Positions 54,379 through 64,000 of a stretch of DNA of 64,000 nt are shown here, in pieces. The notes under the pieces were generated by a model. That model saw only the letters and a list, made by a program, of their open reading frames with translations. It did not search any database and was not told the origin of the DNA. Origin of the DNA: Octopus vulgaris (taxonomy: Eukaryota); contig OX597836.1 in NCBI GenBank assembly GCA_951406725.2, forward strand, positions 19,716,001-19,780,000, in the 5' to 3' direction. How positions within the stretch are numbered: the first letter of the stretch is position 1; each line of letters starts with the position of its first letter. A program made the translations under genes and the position numbers.

Positions 54379-55059
54379 CACCTATGTATGCATGTATGTA
54401 TGTATGTATGTATGCATGTATGCATGTATGCATGCATGCATGTATGTATGTATGTATGTATGTATGTATGTATGTATGTATGTATGTATGTATGTATGTA
54501 TGTATGTATGTATGTATGTATGTATGTATGTGCGTGTGTGTGTGTCTGTATTCAAATATTATTTTAATAATAATAAAAGGTAAAATCAATAAGGATTTTA
54601 CCAAGGTAGCCAGTGCGGAAAATAAAAATTTTACAAATCATTTTATAATTATATAACTATGTACATGATTATAAAATCTTTTATATCTATATTACATAAA
54701 CTGAAGACTCATCTCTCTTAACATCTATAACGCTTTACTTTGCATGACACATACTAACACAAACACACACACCCGCCACACACAGAGGTGTTAGAGTAAC
54801 GATGAGTATTGCGTGAGATTTGCCACACCCCAAACCTTAAACCTACACAAATTGACCGATATATTTTCTACTTTAAGGCTGTCAAAGAGCGGGGTTTTAT
54901 TATTTTATATACTATAAGGTTTCCCCGTCTGCTTATTCTTTACACCCTTGTGTCAATTATAGAAAAGTGAATTACATTTGTAGACTATTAACAATGAAGC
55001 AAAGGTGTCTTTTGTGTCAAGAGCTACCGAGGTTTTTGAGAGAGAAGTGTGAAAGACTG

Positions 55060-55425
55060 ATTTCGTTAGCAAGCCAGGCAAAATACTTTGCGGCATTTTG
55101 TCCGTCTGTTACGTTCTAAGTTTAAATTTCGCTGAGGTCGACTTTGCCTTTCATCCTTTCGAAGCCGATAAAATAAATACCTATTCCTTTACTACCCACA
55201 AGGGGCTAAACACAGAGGGGACAAACAAGGACAGACAGACGGATCAAGCCGATTATGTCGACCCCAGTGCGTAACTGGTACTTTATTTATCGACCCCGAA
55301 AGAATGAAAGGCAAAGTCTACCTCGGACGTAACGGCAGGACGTAACGGCAGACGAAATACGGCTACGCATTTCGCCAGGCGTGCTAACGTTTCTGCCAGC
55401 TTATACCAGTGAAGCACTGGGGTCC
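55060..55425. mobile_element. SINE A (-) nested inside an older SINE A-like copy (+)
   Basis: The + copy is broken at aaataaatac and resumes at taccagtgaagcactgggg. Confidence 0.7.
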
Positions 55426-56087
55426 AGCTCTGTTTACGTGTGACCCCTAAGTTTATGGCCACACACGTGTATTTGTTTACATTTGAAGAAGTTCGTCACT
55501 TTCCGTAAAATTTAAATTTTTTTTATATATGTGGGGTTAGGGGTGGGGGAAAGGGTATCTTTTTTTTTTTCTCATAAATAACAGTGACAAATTGATATGA
55601 CACCGCAAATAATCGTTGTTGACAAACTAGGGCAGAAATTGTATTCACCTCAATAGACGTCATTGATTGGTTGAAATTGCCGAAATGCAAGAAATTAAAG
55701 AACAAATAGCTTCTGTTTTACTCCAAAGTTTTAATTTTCTCTTCCTTTTACTCCTCACTCTTCCTTGTTTCTGACAGCTTTTGTTTTGTTAATTAGTTTG
55801 GTAACTGTTTACTTTCATTTTCTTAGCTGTCACATACAAAAATCCTGTTTTCTGATAAAGGTAAAATGATCAAACTTTAAACCTCTGAAACATTTTTCTA
55901 GAACTTTTCTAGAATAAATGAATTACAAACTCGGATTCATCATGAAAAATTAAATCAATGTATCAAATTTGAAAATTTTCACCTAATTTTAAAATTTCAA
56001 AATCTGTGACAGTGACTGAAAAGATCTTTTTCTCTCTCATTTGTCTATCTCTTTCACTTTCCCACTCTATAAAAATATATCACTCAC

Positions 56088-56121
<34 letters not shown>

Positions 56122-56696
56122 TGAGTGTGTGTGTGTGTGTGTATGCATGGGTGCAAAGAATTTCCTTAGGGTGTCAGAATGATTTTAAAAAAAGGTATGT
56201 ATAATATAATTTATTTCGGATCTTTTCCTTTTGATGGACGGAATTTTCTAGTTAACTAAACTATTTGAAACTTCGTATACTGGTAGAATGTGTCAAAAGA
56301 AAACATTATTGTAAACAAAATTGAAAACAAAATTGTAATTTGTAAGTTTAACATTTGGCAAATGTCTTCTACTTATAGCTCTGGGCTGACGAAAACCTTA
56401 GAGTGGATTTGGTAGACAGGAACTGTAAGAGAAGTATCAGTCGTGTGTGTGTGTGTGTTTGTATTTCCTTGTTTTGACATTGCATGATAGTGGTAAACAA
56501 ATGCCACTGTCATACAAGCAGGGTCCTTCTTTCCCAATCTTCCATGTCTGATTATGGGGATATATTTATCTTATTTGGAAACATGTGAGGGTTGGAGACA
56601 GAAAAAAACCCCATCCAGTTGTAAAAATCTACTTCAATAAAATTCCAACTGACCAATGTGAACATGGGAAAGTGGACATTAAAATGATAATTTGTA

Positions 56697-56860
56697 CCAT
56701 ATTTTTATGTGTATAAGGAAACCTTTTTTTTCAAAAATTAGGTTTAAAAAATGTGGGAGTTTCTTATACATGGATAAGTATTATAATCCCTTACAAAACC
56801 TTTTTTTCCAAATTTTAAGCCCCCAGAATTTGAGGGTTCCTTATACATGTTAAAATACAG
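56697..56860. mobile_element. Tc1/pogo-type MITE
   Basis: TA|ccatatttttatgtgtataagg ... ccttatacatgttaaaatacag|TA. Confidence 0.65.
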
Positions 56861-56892
<32 letters not shown>

Positions 56893-57116
56893 TGTATGTA
56901 TGTATGTATGTATGTATGTATGTGTGTATGTGTGTGTATATATGTATGTATGCATGCATGCATATATGTTTGTGTGTGTATGTATGTATGTATGTATGTA
57001 TGTGTGTGTGTATGTATATATGTATGTATGCATGCATGCATATATGTTTGTGTGTGTATGTATGTATGTATATATGTATGTATTCACTATAAAGGAATGT
57101 AGGCATATAGAGAATG

Positions 57117-57356
57117 TATTGGGTTGATGCATAATTATTGCGGGTTTTTTCAACAAATTTTATTTAACAAAAACAATAACAATATTTAACAAAAACATCT
57201 TTAAATGATTATTCCGGAGCATATTCACCATCTACTTCAATTACTGTTTCCCATTTGCTTGGTAAGACAGTCAGACCGTCATTTAAAGACGTTTTTGTTA
57301 AATATTGTTATTGCTTCTGTTGAATAAAATTTGTTGAAAAAATTATGCACCAACCA
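57117..57356 (-). mobile_element. mariner-derived MITE
   Basis: Reverse complement of 10627-10875. Confidence 0.8.
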
Positions 57357-57389
57357 ACCCAAAAATTCAGATTAGATTAAACAATTTCA

Positions 57390-57954
57390 TAGATGATGAT
57401 GATGATGATGATGATGTTGACGACGATGATGACAATGAAAATAGTGGTGGTGATATAGTGATGTTGATGATGATAGTGTTGTTGTTGGTGGTGGTGGGGC
57501 TGCTGCTAGTGATGATGATGATGATGATGATGATGACAATCATGATGGTAATTAAGATAATGATGATGGTGATTGAGAGGGACTGTGGGTGCTAATTAGG
57601 GTAACAATGGTGGTGGTTGTTGTTGTGATGATATTGATGATGAGAAAGAGGAAGGGGAGGAGGAGGCAGAGGACAGTGATTCCGATGGCAATTATGGTAC
57701 TAATGATGGTGATGATTGTGGGTAATAATTATGGTGACAATGGCGGCGGTAGTGGCGATGGCGGTGATGGTGGTGGTGGTGGTGGTGATGATATAAGTTA
57801 AGACAAAGGATTGGTTGATTTGTCCCCTCCCCCACCACTACCACTATTTAATATGGCAATAAAATTAAATGAATTACACAAAGACAGTGGTGGTGGTGGT
57901 GATGGTGATGGTGAATGCTGTGGCTGGTTGCATTATGCTGACTGGTTCACTGTC

Positions 57955-57990
<36 letters not shown>

Positions 57991-59560
57991 GGTGGTGGTG
58001 GTGGTAGTAGTAGTAGTAGTAGCAGTAGTAGTAGTGGTGGTGGTGGTGGTGGTAGTAGTAGTAGTAGTGGTGGTGGTGGTGGTGGTAGTAGTAGTAGTGG
58101 TGGTGGTGGTGGTGGTGGTGGTGGTAGTAGCAGTAGTAGTAGTGGTGGTGGTGGTGGTGGTGGTGGTGGTGGTAGTAGTAGTAGTAATGGTAGTGGTGGT
58201 GGTGGTGGTGATTCACTTTTGGTAAAGTAATGATGGTATTAAATGTAGTGACATTAAATGTAGTAGAAGTGGTGGTGGTGGTGGTGGTGGTGGTGATGAA
58301 GGTGTTAGTAGGGGTGATGGTGGCGGTGGCGAGGGCGGTGTTGGTGGTGGTAGTGGTGGTAGTGGTGGTGTTTGATGGTGGAGGTGGTGATAGTGGTGTT
58401 GGTGGTGGTGCCGTGGCTGATAATGACGGAGCGGAGATAATGGTAGTACTATGAAATAGTAATAGAAGTGAGGGGAACTGGTGTTGCCATTGTTGGTGGT
58501 GGTGGTGGTGGTGAGGAAGATGGTGATAATACTGGTGGTGTCGATGGTGGTGTTGGCTATGCAATTGTGGTGGGGTGGGGGTAAGATGGTAGTGCCAGAA
58601 GCAAAAAAATCTAAGTTATCGCCAGGAAAATAGGCCGTCCTTGTTGGTTCTTGCTTCCTTCACCTCACCAAGAACTTCTCTGTCAAAAAAAAAGAGAATC
58701 TTTTTTCTTCAGAAACACATCAGAATCAACAATCAAATGGGTCTACTGTGAACTTTTCTCTGCAATTCCGCAATTCCGCTAACGGTGATTCATGAAATGC
58801 ATGTGGCTGGGACGGTAGAGCAATTGCGTGTCGGATTACCCAACTGAAATGTCCTTGGTTCAAGTTGTTGTCAAATCTTACTGAATGTGTTTTGCTATAT
58901 AGCCAACATATATTCTTTTTTTTTGTATTTTATTTTATTAAAAAAAAAATTTTTTTTTTTTTATATCTTCTCCATCTTCATCGTTGATGAGTTGTGGATG
59001 TCAAAGTGATTTCACTAATGCTGGTAATAATGATGAAGACAATGATGATGATGATAGTGATGATGATGATGATGGTGATGGTGACAATGGTAGTGTTGAT
59101 GATGATGATGATGATATGAGGATGATGATGATGACGATGGTGATGATTCAGTTGATGATAATTATTCTGTTGATGATGATGATGATGATAATGATGATGA
59201 TGATGGTGATGGTGATGGTGGTGATGATGATGACGACGACGATGGTGATGATCCAATTGATGATAATTATTCTGTTGATGATGATGATAATGATGATGAT
59301 GACGATGGTGGTGATGATCATGTTGATGATGATGATGATGATGATGACGACGATGGTGATGATCCAGTTGATGATAATTATTTTGTTGTTGATGATGATG
59401 ATGATGATGTGATTCTGTTCATGTTGGATGATGTGACCTGGGTGATGATGATGATAATGATCCTGTTGATGATGTTTCTGTTGATGATAATGATGATGTT
59501 AGTGGTGGTGATGATGATGATGATGATGGTGATTCTGTTATTGCTGCGGCTGCTGCTGAT
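57390..59560. repeat. Extended (GAT)/(GGT)/(AGT) low-complexity region with a unique island at ~58590-58980
   Basis: Seen directly. Confidence 0.9.
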
Positions 59561-59962
59561 AGGTTCTGATTTAGGCACAAGGCTAGCAATTTTTGCAGGA
59601 ATTTGGTTAATCAATTACACCAACTCCAGCACTAAATCCACCCCACCTCCAGTTTTATTAATTCTACCAATTTAAGCAACAAGCCAAGTAGTTTTAGCTT
59701 TGAGGGAAGGCATTTAGTCACCTATGTTTGAATCCAGTACTTGACAGGTACTTTATTTTATTGATCCTGAAAGGAATCCAAGATAAAGTTCACCTCAGCA
59801 GATTTGAACCCAGAATGTAAAGAGTTGGAACAAATACCACAAAACATTTTTTCCAATGCTAATGATTCTGCTACTTTGCCATCTTCAAATTCCAATTTAG
59901 AATAATGAGTTTTTTTAATTAATCGACAGACATGGATGATTGGGTGGTTAAGAAGTTTGCTT

Positions 59963-60358
59963 ATCAAAGATGTTATTAAAGAAGCTTGAGAGGCGGTTGG
60001 ATGGAACCTACACTCACCTCCTTATGAGAGCTCAAAATCTCTCGTGGAAGCGTCATCCAACCAAAATGCAAATATATGGGAAACTACCGCCTGTGTCATC
60101 TCTTGTGAAAGGTAAGAGAGTCCAGTTTGCTGGACATTGTTGGAGAGCTGAAAAAGAGGTAATTTCTACTCTTCTCCTCTGGAAGCCATCTACTCGCAAT
60201 ACCAGAGGGCACACACTCTCCTACCCTGATGTAATCTCCAGGGATACAGGTATCCAGCAACAGGACCTCTGTAATGCCATGATGGGCCGTGAAGTCTGGC
60301 GTAGCATGGTAAATTCCATTGTCTCGACCACGGTCGAACAATGATGATGATGATGATG
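59963..60358 (+). mobile_element. 5'-truncated RTE-like LINE inserted into a SINE B head
   Basis: ORF LERRLDGTYTHLLMRAQNLSWKRH...RVQFAGHCWR...REVWR; (GAT)n tail; TSD agtttgctt at 59954 and 60359. Confidence 0.85.
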
Positions 60359-60693
60359 AGTTTGCTTTGTGACCGAATGATATTAGGTTCAATCCCACGG
60401 CACTTTGGGTAAGTGTTTTCTATTATAGCTCTGGGCCAAGCAAAACCTGAGTGGATTTGGTAGAGAGAAATAGTGTGGAAGCCCCTTCTGTGTAGTGTAT
60501 ATATGTCTGTGCGTGTGTGTGTGTGTGTTTACATACATACATACATACATACATGCATGCATACATGCATGCATGCATGCATACATACATACATACATAC
60601 ATACATACATACATACATACATGCATGCATGCATACATGCATGCATACATACATACATACATACATACATACATACATACATACATACATACA

Positions 60694-60724
<31 letters not shown>

Positions 60725-61163
60725 GTGCATATTATAATAAAAGGCTAAAATTAGTTAATTGATTAATCAATTAATCAATTAATTGATTGCGTGTTGCTAT
60801 CTCAGAAGAGATCTTTATGGTAGCAGAAAAGGCATTTAGCTCTTATTTCTAAATCAGTGCATGGCGAAGCAATTAGGTGACCCCTGATTATAATTATGTA
60901 TATAATTATAGAATATAACCCGTCCTTATTTTCTTTGTATTGTCTGTCTGGATGTTTTGTTGTCCCTTTCTTGTATCACCTAACTGTATGGATGTTTTGC
61001 ATTCTTGTCCCATTTTGTATTTTATATACAGGAGACACATCTATACTGACAGATACACCTAAACCAGATGCTCAGTATCCCACTCATGAGGGATCGATGC
61101 TAGATAGGTCAACGGTTGTAGTGATCAATAAACATTCTTGTATCTTCCGTCTCTCTCGTTAAT

Positions 61164-61223
<60 letters not shown>

Positions 61224-61254
61224 CAAAATAAGCAACAAGAATATCTCCGGTAAT

Positions 61255-61340
61255 TTGGTATGATCGTTTCACGCTACATCATTTCATTAAATATTGTAAG
61301 TATTACAACAGTTTTAAAATGTTGAGCAATCATCAGCCAA
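61255..61340 (-). ncRNA. Type I hammerhead ribozyme motif, same family as 13371-13464
   Basis: UUGG-CUGAUGA-UUGCU...AGCGU-GAAA-CGAUCA-UA-CCAA; shared flank aatcaaaataagcaacaag. Confidence 0.7.
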
Positions 61341-61446
61341 TTTATAGACGTTTCCCATTAATACATAATTTTCATATTAATTGACAACATTATAGAGAAG
61401 GTAGTTATAAAGACAAAGATGTTGATTTGAATTTTAAGAACAAGAA

Positions 61447-61826
<380 letters not shown>

Positions 61827-62069
61827 GAAGCAGATTTTGACAAGGTTGACCCTTTGAATTACTGGTACAATTAATTTTTTCCCGGCTGAATAGACTGGAA
61901 CAATGTGAAATAAAGTGTCTTGCTCAAGGACACAACATGCTGCCAGTAATTGAACTTACAACCTGAATACTATGAGCTGAATACCCTAACCACTAAGCTA
62001 TGCACCTTCACAATACATACATATAACACACACACACACACACACACACGATGACTTCTTTCGGTTTCT

Positions 62070-62305
62070 TATTTCTTTATTGCCCACACTAAACATAGAG
62101 GGGACAAACAAGGACAGACAAACGGATTAAGTCAATTACATCGACCCCCCCCCCCCCCAGTGCGTAACTGGTACTTAATTTATCGACCCCGAAAGGATGA
62201 AAGGTAAAGTCGACCTCGGCGGAATTTGAACTCAGAACGTAACGGCAGACGAAATACGGCTACACATTTCGCCCGGCGTGCTAACGTTTCTGCCAGTTCG
62301 CCGCC
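62070..62305 (-). mobile_element. SINE A inserted into a SINE B
   Basis: TSD ttctttc(g/a)gtttct at 62056 and 62306. Confidence 0.85.
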
Positions 62306-62736
62306 TTCTTTCAGTTTCTGTCTATCAAATCTACCCACAAGGCATTGGCTGGCCCATAGTGGGACTAAACCCAAAATTATCTGGTTGGAAGGCAAGCGTC
62401 TTACTGCACAGACATATCTATTTAAATATTGCCACATTACTGGTTTTTTTTTGCTGTACTTGATCCAACATAACATCCTCAAAATATGTCTTCATTTATT
62501 CTGAGACTTCTTAGAGAATGCTCTTTGCAGATAGAACACAATGTAGCAGGAATGGTTTGCCAATACATCAGATAAATATTTCGAAGTCTGGCAGTAATCC
62601 ATGAAGGTAGTTCTTGCAAACTGCTTCAACAGCATCTGCTGCTGCAGTTGTTGTTGCACCTGATAGGTGTGCATTGTTTGTGACAAACTTTGTGTGGTTT
62701 ATCTTCTCTACCTTTAGGTGATCCAGATCAATACCT

Positions 62737-63154
62737 GGATCTTTTCGGTTTGAACGGCAGTTTTTAACATAATTTCTAGGTAACTAAAAAATTTTTAAAC
62801 TTCATATACTGGTAGAATGTGTTTATAAAACATCTTTTTCTCTTGGCTTTATTGAGAAAATTCTATAGTTTCTAAGATATTTGTTGTTTATTTTTCTTCA
62901 ATTTTTGCAATTTCAACCAATCAATGACATCTATTGAGGTGAAAACATTCTGTGCCGTATGAATATGTCCCTCGTTTAAGAAACAGATTGGGTTTATTTA
63001 CATTTGTGAGGAAAAAAAGATACCCTTCCCCCCACTCCTAACCCTAACCCTAAAACAGATTGAAATGCAATAGATCGATACTAGGGTCATAATTATGGGT
63101 GACAATTTCATATGACACCACTAGAAAAAACTGCCATTCAAACCGAAACGATCC
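62737..63154. mobile_element. GGATC-TIR hAT-like MITE with 8-bp TSD
   Basis: TSD caatacct at 62729-62736 and 63155-63162. Confidence 0.9.
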
Positions 63155-63544
63155 CAATACCTTAGTGCAATGCAACCAATTGAGAGTGCTCAACAGACTC
63201 ATCTCGCACATCACAATTGAGCCAAGTACAAAAAGGTTTGTCCTGATCATTACCATTAACCATTCAACTTTTAAACTGGCCATATCTGGTCCAAATATTC
63301 TATCTGTTTTATGTTCAAACTGGCCAGATTCAGCCTCTCACACCTATCATACAATGTCATTTTAAAAATAAACAATCATGTCACTGAAATCATAAAATCA
63401 TGAGATAATGCATGATTAATTCAAAACAATGTGAATATATATTGCAAGTGAAGGCACATGGTTCAGTGGCCTAAACTTGATGTCACTGAGGCATAAAAAT
63501 GTTTCATCACTAAGCAATGGCAAAACTTTTGGCGTCGACAATGA

Positions 63545-63598
63545 GAACAACTACGGTAACAGCAGCAGCAGTGACAGCAGCAGCAGCAGCAATAACAA

Positions 63599-63629
<31 letters not shown>

Positions 63630-63675
63630 AACATCAACAACAGCAGCAGCAGCAGCAACAACAACAACAACATCA

Positions 63676-63707
<32 letters not shown>

Positions 63708-63787
63708 AGCAGCAGCAGCAACAACAACAGCAACAGCAGCAACAACAACAACAACAACAATAACAACAAACAACAACAACAACAACA
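63545..63787. repeat. (CAA)n/(CAG)n
   Basis: Seen directly. Confidence 0.95.
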
Positions 63788-64000
63788 TGAAAGAAATGAA
63801 ACGTAAAAACGCAAATGTCACCTCTGCATCTTTTGCATCAGCGGGGAGAAATATGGAAAGTTTCCACATAGATGAAAGAGAATTAAAATTAACCAGAAAA
63901 ATTGTAAAAAGAGATGGGAGAAAGGTAGCTCTAAACCCTCCACTCGACATCATCGTCATCATCATCATCGTTTAACGTCTGCTTTCCATGCTAGCATGGG

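Noticed and set aside
58803-58870. tRNA-like stretch ending ggttcaag
   Set aside because: No complete cloverleaf; at best a decayed SINE head or pseudogene

Overview
AT-rich eukaryotic DNA saturated with repeats. The SINE and MITE families, the TTAGGG repeats and the extreme microsatellite load suggest a cephalopod (Octopus-like) genome; this is my inference and I have not tested it. I can support no host protein-coding gene: almost all tracked ORFs are microsatellite or SINE artefacts. The recognisable coding remnants are all transposon fragments: Helitron Rep-helicase (2 copies), Tc1 and mariner transposase, and RTE, CR1 and L1/Tx1 LINEs. The window also holds at least four tRNA-derived SINE families, hAT-, piggyBac- and Tc1-type MITEs, and non-autonomous Helitrons. 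The strongest unexplained signal is a set of type I hammerhead ribozyme motifs. Six have intact CUGANGA/GAAA/UH cores (13.4, 15.6, 28.0 and 61.3 kb, plus a mirror pair at 45.6 kb) and several more are decayed. Most have palindromic or near-palindromic stem III, two related copies show compensatory stem I changes, and they lie in non-coding inserts near (TA)n tracts, several as fold-back palindromes. This fits remnants of Penelope-like or retrozyme-type retroelements. Coordinates were counted by eye and may be off by a few bases.
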